A stretch of DNA of 64,000 nucleotides, taken from Octopus vulgaris (Eukaryota). Both the position numbers and the translations under genes were made by a program. Shown in pieces: positions 13,464 through 29,898 of this stretch. Each line of letters starts with the position of its first letter. The first letter of the stretch is position 1. The DNA lies in assembly GCA_951406725.2 (NCBI GenBank), contig OX597833.1, positions 51,088,001-51,152,000 on the forward strand. Direction: 5' to 3'. The notes below the pieces were generated by a model. That model made no database searches and was not told where the DNA came from. It saw only the letters and a list, made by a program, of their open reading frames with translations.

Positions 13464-13745
13464 ATATCAATGTCAGTAGAGTGAGAGTGAAGTACAGACA
13501 TGTAGAAAGACCGATAGATAGAAAGACAGATAGGCAGATAGTAAGGTAGACATGTGATTGACGGAAAGTTTGATTGATTGATAAAGAAGACACAAATATC
13601 GGGACAAATATATAAATGAGCGGCGTACGGTTATGCACAGATTCGGCGACTTTATGGAGGAAAGGGAGAAAATAAAGTGTAAATTTGATGGCGGACGCTG
13701 AAAGAATAAGAATGAACGAATCAGAAAAATATTAAATGAAACCTC

Positions 13746-14480
13746 TGTGTGTGTGTGTGTGTGTATGTGGATGTGTGCGTGTAAGTGTGTGTATGTGTGA
13801 GTGCGTGTGCATGTATGTGTGTCTATGTGTGTGTGCGTTCGTGTGTTTGTGTGCGTGTATGCGTAAGTGTGTATATGTATGTGTCAGTGTGCGTTTGCGC
13901 GTGCATTCGTGTGAGTGTGTTTCTGTGCGTGTATGTGTATATGTGTGTGTATGCATTCGTGTGTGTGAGTGCGTGTGTATGCGTTTGTGTGTATGTGTAT
14001 GTATCAGTGTGCGTTCGCGTGTGCATTCGTGTGAGTGTGTGTGTGCGTGTATGTGTATATGTGTGTGTATGCATTCGTGTGTGTGAGTGCGTGTGTATGC
14101 GTTTGTGTGTATGTGTATGTATCAGTGTGCGTTCGCGTGTGCATTCGTGTGAGTGTGTGTGTGCGTGTATGTGTATATGTGTGTGTATGCATTCGTGTGT
14201 GTGAGTGCGTGTGTATGCGTTTGTGTGTATGTGTATGTATCAGTGTGCGTTCGCGTGTGCGTTCGTGTGTGTGCGTGTGTCTGTGTGCGTGTGTGTTTGT
14301 GTGTGTGTATGCGTTTGTGTGTATGTGTATGTATCAGTGTGCGTTCGCGTGTGCGTTCGTGTGTGTGCGTGTGTGTGTGTGTGCGTGCGTATATGTGTGT
14401 GTATGTGCGTGTGCGTTCGCGTTTGAGTTCGTGTGTGTGTGTGTGTGTGTGTGCGTGTGCGTGTGCGTGTGTGTGTGTGT
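13746..14480. repeat. TG-rich compound minisatellite with a higher-order period of about 118 bp
   Basis: Marker (a/g)tcagtgtgcgtt recurs at 13883, 14003, 14121, 14239 and 14333. Confidence 0.85.
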
Positions 14481-14732
14481 AAGTTTTTACGTAGAACATG
14501 TTAATAGAATCTCAAAACAACAGACATAAGCGGAAGACGGCTTTGATACGTGGTATACAATAATACGTTTATGCGTTTTAAAAATGTATTCAAAGAGTTA
14601 CTTCGAATTTCGGTCGAAGATTTGAAACGCCAAAATGTCAAGGTAATAAATAGGAAAAGAAAAGAAAAAAAAAACAAAGAAAAAACAAACAAAACAGACT
14701 GAAAATTTTGTCAATGTATAGAGCTACCGGAC

Positions 14733-14840
14733 TTAGCAGCAGCAGTCACAGCATCATCATCAGCAGCAGCAGCAGCAGCAACAGCTGCAGCAGTAGTAGT
14801 AGTTTTTATTGCTGTGGTAGTAGTACTAGTAGTGGTAGTG

Positions 14841-14877
<37 letters not shown>

Positions 14878-15051
14878 AATTTTTTGTAGTATTACTAGTA
14901 CTAGATTTTGCTGCAGTAGTGGTGGTGGTGGTAGTAGTAGTAATAGTAGTAGTGGTAATAGTGGTGGTGGTGGTGGTGTGTAGTAGTAGTAGTAGTAGTA
15001 GTAGAATTTTTTGTAGTATTACTAGTACTAGATTTTGCTGCAGTAGTGGTG

Positions 15052-15110
<59 letters not shown>

Positions 15111-15250
15111 GGTGGTGGTGGTGTGTAGTAGTAGTAGTAGTAGTAATAGTGGTGGTGTTGGTGTGTAGTAGTAGTAGTAGTAGTAATAGTGGTGGTGTTG
15201 GTGTGTAGTAGTAGTAGTAGTAGTAGTAGTAATAGTGGTGGTGTTGGTGT

Positions 15251-15281
<31 letters not shown>

Positions 15282-15325
15282 GAGTAGTAGTAGTAGTAGC
15301 AGTAGTAGTAGTAATAGCAGTATGT
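14733..15325. repeat. Trinucleotide array (CAG/TAG/TGG) with an internal 127-bp duplication
   Basis: agaattttttgtagtattactagtactagattttgctgcag at about 14876 and 15003. Confidence 0.9.
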
Positions 15326-16339
15326 AGTATGGCTGGGAGGGGTCAATAAAATTTGCTTGTCTAAAGAGTTGGCTATTATTTATTAGTAACTTCTTTTTCT
15401 GTTTTTTTTTTTTAATCTTTCAGAGAAAAGAGCTCGAAATATAAGGGAGTTAAAAATAGAAAGTTAAATATAGACTAGAGAGTGGAGAAAGGGGCTTAAA
15501 ACGAAGTAAGTGTAGGGGTGGAGAGTTGTATCAAAATAGGGAGTCGGTGAATTTTTTTATTCCCTTATCCTTGAGTGATCTAAAACGGGAGAAATTCTTT
15601 TATAAGGTAACAAAATAAGATTGTGATATTTCTGTTAGTCTTTCATTGTTTCCAGTGCAGAATTAGTCCAGAGCCTTAATGAAATAATCAATTAGGATAT
15701 TACTCGCATGCGCACAAGCGCACGCAGACACACACGCACGCGCACAAGCGCATGCATGCGGACACATACGCACACTGTCATTTACAGGGACATAATGTTA
15801 TACACCCAGATACGAGCACAGATTCACATATCCACACACACTCATACACAAATACATACACACACACATAATACACACATGTACACAGTGTTACTCGTTT
15901 GGAAAGACACATACAAAGAGAAACACACACGCACACATACATATATATACACACACACATACACGCATACAAGTAGGCGCATAGTTTCACACACCCTTAT
16001 GCAAACACACATACACACACACACACACACACGCATACAATCTGGCACAAAGTATGACACATCCATTTGCAAACACACGTACGCACAGACACACAGACTC
16101 ACACATATACACATACATACACACACAAACACACACACACACACACCACATACTATTTACGCAGACACGCACGCATGCGCTCACATATAGACGCATACAC
16201 TCAAAACACTCGTACACACGCATTCACACACATATAAATGCACAGAATCAAACATATACAAATATAAACACACGTGTATCCACACACACATAGTATACAT
16301 ACGTTCAAACTTTCATAAACATCGCTCTTGCACACACAT

Positions 16340-16570
16340 ACAAACATGTGTAAATTAAGGCTACTATTGGTTTCATGTTAAGAAAAGTAAGAAAATATCC
16401 TATCCTATAACAAATTTTCAAGCCGATCCGACGGACAAATGTGTTCACATATAAACACATGTGAAGTAAGGCTACCATTGGTTTCATGTTAAGAAATGTA
16501 AGAACATATCCCAGTGTCTTAACAATTTTCCAAGCCGATCCGATGGCCAAATGTGTTCACATACAAACAC
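16340..16570. repeat. Tandem duplication (about 112 bp) of a dispersed repeat; third copy at about 12830-12910
   Basis: taagg(c/t)tac(c/t)attggtttcatgttaa...aaatgtgttc is present twice here and once near 12833. Confidence 0.75.
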
Positions 16571-16591
16571 TTGTATGCATACATACATACA

Positions 16592-16622
<31 letters not shown>

Positions 16623-16948
16623 TTGCATACCTACACCCACACGCGCAAAAGCATGCATACTATAACATCATATACGCACGTATAGAAATGTGATTTTATA
16701 CATGGAAATATAGGATTACACATGCACACCTTTACACATATATCCCAGCACACATACACATCTTTACACATACATCCAAGCACACATACGCAGATACCCA
16801 GATAAACAAATACACGCAAACATATTTACACATAAAAACTCGCATACACGCCCACAAATACGGAACATATTCTTGCATACACTTATACAGCTGCAAACAC
16901 AATCGCACATGCGCACAAATATACACATATTACACGCGGAAATGCTAA

Positions 16949-17335
16949 TCTCTCTATATATAAACGGCAGTTTGTCTGTGCGTGTTTCTGTGTGTCTGTT
17001 TGCTTGTACCTTCACCCTGACCACGGCTTTCAACCGATTCTGATGAAACTTGACACACACATAGCCCAATGTCATAATTCAAAACTAACGCAGCGAAAAT
17101 TTTGAAAAGTTCCCCCAGTTCTGAAAAAAAATCGATAAATTCGACATGGGGTCGAGAATAAAAAAAAACAAACCACAGACTGTCTAGGGGATGCAACTCA
17201 ACCTTTTTTTACTCTCAAAAAAAATTTACCATCATTTTTTTTCCATTTTTTTGCTATTTTTTGGCTATAACTCTCTAAAAATGCTTTATAGTTATTTCCC
17301 TTACAAACCCGAGCAACGCCGGGCGATACTGCTAG
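16949..17335 (+). mobile_element. Non-autonomous Helitron
   Basis: Starts TC (tctctctatatataaa) after A16948, ends CTAG before T17336, and has a subterminal hairpin cccg-agcaacgc-cggg at 17308-17323. No TSD. Confidence 0.8.
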
Positions 17336-17636
17336 TACACAAATAAAAATAAAGAAATAATAATACACAAAATCGGTGCTCCAACATGGCTGCAGTGAAA
17401 TGACTGAAACGTAAAAAATTAAGGAATTAAAAAAAACTTACGTACCTTTTAAATACGCATACAAGCACATGAATGTATATAAACGCATACATACACACTC
17501 TCACACACACACAAATACCCGCACACATTCATATGCATACTCACAAGCATACACAGATTCATACACACAAATATACACAAACACATATATGCATACACAT
17601 GTGCTTACACAAAAACTTTTTGTATTTTTTTTTTGC

Positions 17637-17910
17637 ACCTTTTTAAAACATAGCCAGACTCATGGGCCCGGTTTCCCGGTTTCTATGGCGTATGTGTTCC
17701 CCCCCCAGCTGGACGGGAAGAGAGACTGCTAGAAAGTTGGAGCGAAAGAGTACAACAGTGGTCGCCCCCCCCCCCCCTCTGCCGGAGACTCGTGGAAACT
17801 TTCAGGTGTTTTCGCTCAATAAACACACGTAACGCCCAGTCTGGGAATCGAAACCGTGATCTTCCGACCCGCGAGTCAGCTGCTCTAACCACTGGGCCAT
17901 AGCGAACCAC
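17637..17910 (-). mobile_element. SINE with family A head and tail type 2
   Basis: Head tggcccagtggttagagcagctgactcgc...ggtttcgattcccagac; tail ...gaaaccgggaaaccgggcccatgag shared with the copies at 60821 and 35004. Confidence 0.8.
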
Positions 17911-19544
17911 GTACACAGAAACTTACGGAGATAAATAAACACGAACTCAAACACACAATTACACGCACATACACGCATACATATGTACATATACACGCAC
18001 AAAAGTACACATATGCATACGTGATACACAGACATACACACAAGAAAATACATAGAAATGCACACGAGAACATATACGTACGAACGCACAGAGATACGCA
18101 ATTACACAAACTGACACATACATATTTACAGATACGTTCGCACACAGGTACAAAAATACACGTAAATACATACACATTCGTACACATACAAACATGAAAG
18201 CAAACACTCACATATGCTACACACACACAAACGTACACAGACACAAACGTACACAGACACAAACGTACACACACAAACGTACACACGTACACACAAACAA
18301 ACACACACGTACACACACAAACAAACACGCGTACACACAAACAAATAAAAGCCTATATATACACACATACATGCGCCCATACGCTGACACAATGGAAGGA
18401 AACACTCACTTATATACTTATATACGTACACACACACAAACAAGCACACGCACACACAAAGGAATAAAGGCCAATAGATACACACATACAAGCGTCCATA
18501 CATTGACACACACACACACATGCGTCCATACACTTACACACACAAATACGTGCAAATACATATGCACATACACACGCGCCCATATGCAAACATCCGCAAA
18601 CACAGTTAATACAAAAATACAAATACACACAAAATTATATCAGCCGACATACTTGCCTTCACAGACACATTCACCCACACGCACACACAAACACATACAT
18701 ACAGTGAAAATACACAGAAGCACACATACAATCATAACTACACATCCCTACACATATATCTACAAACAAAAACGCCCAAACGTGCTTGCATACAGTAACA
18801 CATACAGCAATACTTACGCATACAGCCACACACAGATATTTCAATCAGTGTTACATTTAGGAAATCCAAATAACGCCGGCAGAAGTAGTTATGACTCACT
18901 TCTATTCCCTTTGTCACGATCCTATTATATTACAGTCTCTCTCTAAATGTCTATTTCTGTTATGTTATGCAATTCGGGCGTATGATTTGCTTGAATAGTT
19001 TATAGTAACTCTGTCACTGTACACACCATTACTATATCAGCGTAGAGAGATGGTTTGATGGCGTGGTAACATCAAAGACGATTGTAGCAATCCCTGCTAT
19101 ATTTCTTAGTTTCACTGCTTGTTGTGGTTTATTATTATTATTTTTTTTTTTACCCCTGGACTATTTTTCTATCTGGTTGGTCTTTTAAGATGCCTCATAT
19201 ATAATTTTATTTTTAGTTTATGAAACTATTATTATATAATAAAGAATGTTCCCTTGGATATAGCCGAATGGCGTAGAAAGAGAGAAAGGGGTAGATTTGC
19301 TGCATGAGCAACTGCTGGTGTTCATGAGAAAAGAAATGCCTTCTCCGAGTGTAAACCAAAAGAGAAAAATTTCGAGCTGCAGACACTGATTTCTACTTAC
19401 ATCTGTCCGATAGATGTTTCATAGTTTAATGCATAAATGCATTTATTATGTATGTACATAAGTATATATGTATGTATGTATTTGTGCATGGATATACGTA
19501 TGTTTGTATGCATATATTTATGTATATATATAATGTATAGTTAA

Positions 19545-19752
19545 TGCAAACATGAAAACTCAAAGAGAAAACACAACAACGCGAGGACGTGGAATAAGTA
19601 TAGTGTAATTGGACGCTCAGGAAAGTAAAGAAGAAGGAGAATTTAACGTTTCGAGCGGAGCTCTTCGTCAGAAACATATGAAAAGAAAAAAATCCAAGGA
19701 ACGGAAGACGGAGGAAAAAAATCGCCAACGATACACACGCGGTCACATATTG
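19545..19752 (-). mobile_element. (TA)n-flanked repeat with a minimal hammerhead (Penelope pLTR-like family)
   Basis: Minus strand 19641-19675 reads gttt-CTGACGA-A-gagc-tcc-gctc-GAAAC-GTT-aaat. Homologous to 45411-45590 and related to the copies at 42225 and 45898. Confidence 0.7.
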
Positions 19753-21654
19753 AATATATATATATATATATATATATAGATTGTCTACATTCTTATTACT
19801 GTATTTATATATATATACAGCAATGTAACTGTTCATGTACTCCAGTCGTGGAAGTTTCTTTTCTTTGTCTAAAGGGTTTGCCCCGTTATTGCTATGTATT
19901 CTATTAGAAGTGGGGTTTGGGATAAAATGCACTACAGTGCAAAAAGAGACTTATTTTCAAAATCTAAATCATTAAATTTCACCAATATTGAAGGCTCATC
20001 TCTGATAAAGTTCCTTTTATTTCAAAAACTGACCATAACCATTTAAAGAAGGAAGCCCTTCTAGATCTACTAGAAATAGTAGCTAGAAGTCCGTTAAAGC
20101 ACAGCTTAATCTCATAAAACATATATGAACACTGAACTAAAACACTTTTGATTATAGCTCTGATTAGTGATTAGTTTAAAATATATCCAAGACAATGATG
20201 GATCCCCTACGTAATCGTTTGACCTCTTAGAAATAATAGCTAAACACCCCTTATGTCACTGTATTAAAAGTAAAGGACACATTAGATAATCTAGTGTTAA
20301 ATACCCACCGACAAAAAAATGATATTCACAACGGGTATATATTTCATGATAGGTCTGCGCCTTTGGGATTGATAAGGATCTCAACTACACAGAGAATAAG
20401 AAACCTGTTCTGTAAAACTACGTTACATTATATATATTTGTAATTAATTTATTTTAAGTGCTTAATTAATGTGTTTTAAATCCGATGCTGTGTTGAAATA
20501 TGATGTAGTTACAGGCAATTCATTAATTTAAAAGGGTAGATAATTAGGGGATTGTGAAGGAGATATTTAATTACATATCACCGCACATATGAGCAGGTTT
20601 CTATGACATTATAGAAAGAAATATCAAAATGAAATATTCATTTTCGTGCTGTTTAAATATTTGTTGTATATAAATTGACAGAACAAACAGAAGACCGGAG
20701 ATTTCGTATTCCATCAGAATAAGGGTGTAAAAAAAAAAGGCCTGTGTCTCTATACGCATTCACATACAATCACACATATACATACACAAAAATGTATATG
20801 TGGAAGCATATACCCGGGTATATGTGTGTGTGTCTGTGTGTGTATGTGTATGTATATAGTGAATAGTATTACTATGTAGTCCGCATATGAGTCACTTTAT
20901 TAAGCTATGTATTCATATATTGATTATTAATTATACATGGCCTGGAAGAGTCTAGTGAGTAAAGGCAAATCTACCTTATTCCTGTTTCCTTTTTGATTCA
21001 TCGTAAATTATATTGAAATCTATTAGTTATACAATAACGCAAATGTATTTCCGATGAATAACTGTTTCGTTGTGTTGTTTAATATATTTAATTAATGAGT
21101 TGACCATTATCGTTACTGTTATAATGGTTATATCATCTAGTGTCTTGTTTTTTTGTTGTTGTTTTTTTGTTTTTTTTTTGCTGCCCTGTCAATAATAAGA
21201 CATTTATCTGTCTGGATTTGTTTTAAGAATTCTCTTCGTTGTTTCTCTCTAGCAATCTCCCTTCTGCTTCATTCATTCTTCCTATGGGAAACACATTACC
21301 GACGGTTTTTTTCCACCTCTATTTCTGAGAGGTCCGCAATGATGCATTCCCTATGGTAATTCTGCAACACTGAAAATATTACTGGAAATATTACTAGAGA
21401 CCCCAGCCGACTTCATTTGCATACTCGTAATGTATATTGCGACATCTGTCTCTTTCACTCTTTAAGTCTCAGCACATAGTCCTTATATTTGTGATATATT
21501 TTTACATAGCCAGAATGAACTAAGCAATTATAAATCAACGCACCGATGGTCATGAGTTAAAATAAGAACAATATTAAACGAGTGAATAACTAATATATAG
21601 TGTGCGCGCTTGGGAAAAAAATGTCCGTCCCGAAATACAGCAATATATATATAT

Positions 21655-21834
<180 letters not shown>

Positions 21835-21913
21835 CGTTGTGTCTGTGTTTGTTGTTCTGCTGGACAACATGTGCACGTGTGTCTAGTACCCCGTAACTTA
21901 CCATTCGGCTGGG

Positions 21914-21953
<40 letters not shown>

Positions 21954-22007
21954 AGCATAGCCGTACTCTATTGATTTAGACAAGTAAAAGATAGAAGGTA
22001 TATATAT

Positions 22008-22230
22008 TTCTTTACTATCCACAAGGGGCTAAACACAGAGGGGACAAACAAGGACAGACAAAGGGATTTACTCGATTACATCGATCCCAGTGCGTAACTG
22101 GTACTTAATTTATCGACCCCGAAAGGATGAAAGGCAAAGTCGACCACGGCGGAATTTGAACTCAGAACGTAACGACAGACGAAATACGGCTACGCATTTC
22201 GCCCGGCGTGCTAACGTTTCTGCCAGCTCG
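22008..22230 (-). mobile_element. SINE-like family B
   Basis: Matches 5585-5815. Duplicated flank atagaaggtatatatat at 21991-22007 and 22240-22256. Confidence 0.9.
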
Positions 22231-22243
22231 TTTCTATATATAG

Positions 22244-22478
<235 letters not shown>

Positions 22479-22641
22479 CCATTTTTACGGCATAACTTAA
22501 GTGTTAAGAAAGTCTTAAAAAATCTTCAAAACTATGATATTAATAATGTTCTTATATACATCTCTGATAACAAAACAAAACAAGCGAAAAATTTCCCATA
22601 CGATATTTTTTTTACTTAAATATATATATATATATACATAG

Positions 22642-22691
<50 letters not shown>

Positions 22692-24009
22692 GTATGTACA
22701 CACAGACATACACTGCACACACATATACATACACATATAGATATTTCTGATTTCTTTCTATTCTTGTTTGATAGAGATTCATTACAATGGAATGGAATCA
22801 TACAAAGGTGAATATTATCAACGAACACGTGAAGGGTGAGAAAATATGGTAAATATTTTAGAATTTAATAAAGAAAAAGAACAGGTATGCACGTGCACAC
22901 GCACTGACATGCATGTTCAACCCCACAGAGAAACATATATGCATGCATGAACATACATACATACAGACAAACAAACACAGATAGATAGATAAATAAACCA
23001 TACTTGCATACATATAAACATATAGACAGACACACACTCGTATATGTATGAAACATTGATGCAGTATACATGAGCGACCGAGTTTACGTTCGTATTCAGA
23101 TGTTTATGATTTCATTTCACAATAAACCATATCTTTTCTCTCTATTTTTCTCTTCATCTTTCTGCCATATTGAAAACCCTATATCTCATCACATGACCTC
23201 CAGCCAATTTTACTGTTGAAATATCACAGGCTTCAGTGATAACCACAAAGTAAGCTTATCATGCAGCAAGAGCTTTTAATCATTTAACCTTTCTTCAGAA
23301 CTTCTATTACGAATCTCTTGGTCGACATTTTTACTAAATTTTCCGCCATGGTTTTTTTTTACTTCATTTTATTTTATCAACGTAGATATCACATTGCTTA
23401 TATTCTCTCTTTTCTTTTCTTAATGGCAGCTTTATTGATTTCATTGTTGTTTAATTTATTATATTTATCATTCTTTTACTTTTGTGGTTGGTTTGTTTGG
23501 TTGTATTCATTTCTGGCAAATTAGTTCTTTATATTTGTTTATATATTGCTGCGAGTATTATCATCGTTTATGTTATTCAATCTTTCTTTTTTATAGTTCA
23601 TTTTTATGATTATTTCCCCTTTATCTATCATCAACGATGAGTAGATATTTGTGTATGTGTATTACAAAGATAGAAAGAGAGGGAGAAAAAGAGAGGAAGG
23701 AGGTGAGTGAGTGAGAAATAAGAGAAGAGGTTGTGTTGCATACACATGTTGAAATATATTACCGCTGTGTGTGTTTATGTGTGTTTATGCGTGTGTTTGT
23801 GTATATATTTATGCGTGCATAATTTGTGAGACAGGGACAGAGGTGTGTATGTTCATGCTAGTTTATTCATATATATAGAGATATTCATAAATGTGTGCGC
23901 AGGTTTGCATACATATTACAGATGTGAATGTATATGCTTCTAGGTATATTCTCTTTGTCTCTATATCCCTCTTGTTCTTTTTCTCACTCCATATATGCAT
24001 ACATCTATC

Positions 24010-24056
<47 letters not shown>

Positions 24057-24294
24057 ACAAAGGTATACACACGCACAACATACACATACACATATGCATG
24101 TAGGTATACATGTATGCAAATAGATATAGATAGACAAACAGACAGACAGGCAGACAGATAGATAGATATTCTCACTCTCTCTCTTTTTCGCACTCTCTCA
24201 CTCCATATATGTGTACATATGGAAAATAATAATAGTATAAACATGCACAGCACGCACACACTCACATACACACAAAGACATATGTATACACATA

Positions 24295-24975
<681 letters not shown>

Positions 24976-25345
24976 AGATGAAGAATTCACCTTTAATATG
25001 CCTAGAGAATCGTAATTCGAAGTTACAATTATCCCACACATAATAAAATTAGCTCCATTCCTATTATGAACCTCTTTCATCAGATAATGTGTGTTGTTCA
25101 TCACCCTAACGTAACTATGTGTGTATGTATATGTGTGCATACATATCAGTGTGTAATTGTATTCAGAAATATCCATGCACGATATATACATACATACTAT
25201 CTGTCTGCATACAGAATTAAATGTGTGAGTAAATACGCATGCATTTATACTCGGTTTTATATGAATCCGTACATCAATTTATATGTTTACCTGTACCCTG
25301 TGTAGAATTGTGTAATGAGAACGACACAGGTAAACATGAACTCTG

Positions 25346-25384
<39 letters not shown>

Positions 25385-25722
25385 TACACACACATACACA
25401 CACATACACACATACATACACACACACACACACATATACAAACGAGCGCGCAAACACAGAGAGAGAGGTACAAACACACATACACACACACACGCACAAA
25501 ATCTCTCTGACACGTATATATGCATATACATGTGTGTGTATTTGTTTATGTTCGAATATATATTTGTGTGTATATATATATGTATGTATTATGTATGTAT
25601 GTAAGTATGTATGTATATATGTATGTATATACGTGTATGTATATAAATATTTATATACATATATTTGTAAATATATGTATATTTATATATGTGTATGTGT
25701 GTGTGTTTCTGCATGTGTATAG

Positions 25723-25807
<85 letters not shown>

Positions 25808-25836
25808 ATGTGTATATATATATTTATATGTGTGTG

Positions 25837-25885
<49 letters not shown>

Positions 25886-26188
25886 TTATCGCTACCTTGC
25901 CATTCCATATCCTATTAATTATGTCCTTCCATACGAAGATCATTGTCGCTCAAAAGAGTAAATATAAATAAGTCAGCTCAAAAATTATTTAAAAATCAAA
26001 TTTGTTTGCTGTTGTTGTTGTTGTTGTTGGTATTGTTGTTGTTGATGACGGTACATTCTTATACGCATGCATGCGTGTTTGTGTGTGGGTGTATACATGA
26101 TCAGTATGCGCATTTGTATGCTTGTGTAAGTATGCATTATGTGCGGGTTTGATAAGACGTAATGCCATATTATTTTCGTTTATTTGTT

Positions 26189-26259
<71 letters not shown>

Positions 26260-26278
26260 ATATATATATATATATATA

Positions 26279-26631
26279 CTCTTTTACTCTTTTACTTGTT
26301 TCAGTCATTTGACTGCGGCCATGCTGGAGCACCACCTTTTAGTACTTATTCTATCGGTCTCTTTTTGCCGAACCGCTAAGTGACGGGGACATAAACACAC
26401 CAGCATCGCTTGTCAAGCAATGCTAGGGGGACAAACACAGACACACAAACAGACATATACATATATATACATATATACGACAGGCTTCTTTCAGTTTCCG
26501 TCTACCAAATCCACTCACAAGGCATTGGTCGTCCCGGGGCTATAGCAGAAGACACTTGCCCAAGATGCCACGCAGTGGGACTGAACCCGCAACCGTGTGG
26601 TTGGTTAGCAAGCTACTTACCACACAGCCAC
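26279..26631 (-). mobile_element. SINE family C with an internal deletion
   Basis: Near-identical to 6438-6847 except for a deletion in the 3' region. Confidence 0.9.
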
Positions 26632-26814
26632 ACATATATATATGTATATATATATTATATATATACATACACTTACATGTAACATATATATATACACATA
26701 TGTATATATATATATATATACACATATATATACGTATATATATAGCCACTTACATAAATATATATATGTATATGTATATATATGTATGTATATATATATG
26801 TGTGTGTGTGTGTG

Positions 26815-26902
<88 letters not shown>

Positions 26903-27154
26903 TTTTTGTGTGTGTGCGTGTGTAGGTGTGTAGGTGTTTGCATGTGTATGTGCGTTTGTGTGTGTGCATGAATGTGTTTGTGTGCGTGTGTGTGTACGTA
27001 CATATATATATTTTTAATGCAAATATGTATTTGTACACATGTAGCATTCACTTTTGGATGCATGTTTCTATGTATTTACTTTTCTTTCACGCTCTTGGAT
27101 CTCGCAATCCTTCCTCTCTATTCACCTTTTTCTTACTCTCTCTCCCTCTCTCCC

Positions 27155-27190
<36 letters not shown>

Positions 27191-27632
27191 GTTTCTATTT
27201 TTCCCCGTCTTGCAACGTCGCCACCACCAGCGACTTCTCCTCCCTTAACTCTTATTATCAAACTTATCTGACTGGCATATTCTCTCATCTGTATCTCATT
27301 TGGGTATTCTTCATCTATCATCGACTCTGTTGCTCTTTTCCTTCTCTTCCTTCTGTTTCAATCGTCAGTCTCTCTCCCTCTCCTGCTCATCCTCCCTCTT
27401 AACTCAGCTTTTCAATGCTGTCTCTCTTCCTCACCCTTTCACCCATTCAGCCTTGCAAATGTCTAAGCTCGAGCAATTTCCCCTCTCTCCTTCTCTCTAT
27501 TCTTCATACCACGTGTCTGTCGGATTTGTTTTATGCAGAAACGGGAACAAGCACAGACACACACATCACACACACACAGACACACACACCAATCTCTCTC
27601 TCTCTCCGTCTCTCTGTCTCTCTGTCTCTCTG

Positions 27633-27689
<57 letters not shown>

Positions 27690-27739
27690 CTGTGCGTGTG
27701 TGCTTATATATATATATATATATATATTGAATATATATG

Positions 27740-27794
<55 letters not shown>

Positions 27795-27847
27795 ATCTGT
27801 CTATCTGTCTGTCTGTCTATGTATCTATTTATCTATCTACCTGTCTC

Positions 27848-27940
<93 letters not shown>

Positions 27941-27960
27941 GTGCATGTGTATCTATATAA

Positions 27961-27996
<36 letters not shown>

Positions 27997-27997
27997 C

Positions 27998-28098
<101 letters not shown>

Positions 28099-28339
28099 AT
28101 GAATACTTGTACGGAAACGTGCACATATGTTTTAAGTCTTCGAATTTTAAAAAAATGCCTTGATCTTCACATCCTGATCTTTCGTTAAATAATATTAACC
28201 TAGATTTAACTATCTTCCGCTATAAGCCGATTTCAGTGTAGTTATTCTTATAGTTATTTAAGAATCATTTATAACCTGTACATCTTTATTCATGTTTCTA
28301 TATCTGCGCACATGTTCCCGTGTATATGTAACATATATG

Positions 28340-28388
<49 letters not shown>

Positions 28389-28424
28389 ACATATATATAT
28401 AAACATGTACGTGCGTGTTTATGT

Positions 28425-28856
28425 ACACATGTATGTATGTATGTATGTATGGATGGATGGATGGATGGATGGATGTGTGTATGTATGTATGTATGTATCT
28501 ATGTATGTATGTATGTATGTATGTATGTATGTATGTATCTATGTATGTATGTGTGTATGTATGTATTATGTATGTATGTATGTATGTATGTATGTATGTA
28601 TGTATGTTTGTTTGTATGTATGTATGTATCTCTGTATGTATGTATATATGTATTATGTTTGTATGTATGTATGTATGTATGTATGCATGTATGTATGTAT
28701 GTATGTATGTATGTATGTATGTATGTATGTATCTATGTATGTATGTATGTATATGTATGTATGTATGTATGTATGCATGTATGTATGCATGTATGTATGT
28801 ATGTATGTATGTATGTATGTATGTATGTATGTATGTATGTATGTGTGTATGTATGT
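28425..28856. repeat. (TATG)n microsatellite
   Basis: Tetranucleotide run. Confidence 0.95.
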
Positions 28857-28939
28857 AAGCAAGTACACTAACACCCTTATGCCTGAAATGCAATCCGTAT
28901 ATAGGCTGTAAGAGAAATACACTAACGCATGCGTGGTAT

Positions 28940-29275
28940 AGGCGCAGGAGTGGCTGTGTGGTAAGTTGCTTGCTTACCAACCACATGGTTCCGGGTCCAG
29001 TCCCACTGCGTGGCACCTTGGGCGAGTGTCTTCTACTATAGCCTCGGGCCGACCAAAGCCTTGTGAGTGGATTTGGTAGATGGAAACTGAAAGAAGCCCG
29101 TCTTATGCTGGTGTGTTTATGTCCCTGTTACCTAGCGGTTCGGCAAAAGTGACCAATAGAATAAGTACTGGGCTTACAAAAGAATAAGTCCCGGAGTCGA
29201 GTTGCTCGATTAAAGGCGGTGCTCCAGCATGGCCGCAGTCAAAATGACTGAAACAAGTAAAAGATAGTAAAAGAG
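28940..29275 (+). mobile_element. SINE family C lacking the central microsatellite
   Basis: aggcgcaggagtggctgtgtggtaag...gaaagaagcccgtc is joined directly to atgctggtgtgttt...tgactgaaacaagtaaaag. Confidence 0.9.
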
Positions 29276-29278
29276 ATA

Positions 29279-29314
<36 letters not shown>

Positions 29315-29898
29315 AATACACAAACAGCTCGAATTGAACTCTTAGTCATCTGCATACGCAACTGTCCTTCTCCTCCTACTCTCTCTCTCTCTCTCAATCA
29401 CACACACAGACACACAAATACAAGCATATTCACAGACATATAGATGCATACATGCATATGTCATAGACCACGGGAATTGTAAGGTTTTTGAATAAACAAT
29501 AAGGGGCTGGCCGAATGATAGAAGAAAGAACAGTTGATTATTGAATTATTGAAGAAGGGAATATAAAAGGCAACAGTTGCTGCTTTTGTCTTTGAATATA
29601 GCTTGGTTTCATCAACTGGTGAATGCCATTGAATGACATCTTAGCAATACACCACACCAAATCTACATTTACATACACGCATAGAAGCCTTCTCGTTTGT
29701 ACGCTCGAGTTCTTAAGCATATGTACGTATGTATGTGAATATATACATATATAAGTGTGTCTGCATATGCGTCCGTAGGTGCTCACGCGAGAATGTGAAC
29801 ACACACTCACACACACACATACATCTATACACATACGTGTACATATATATGCACATATATATGTATGTATATACACACACACACATACACACACATAT

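Noticed and set aside
17035-17052. CTGATGAAAC as a hammerhead
   Set aside because: No stem II or stem I; it lies within the Helitron body.
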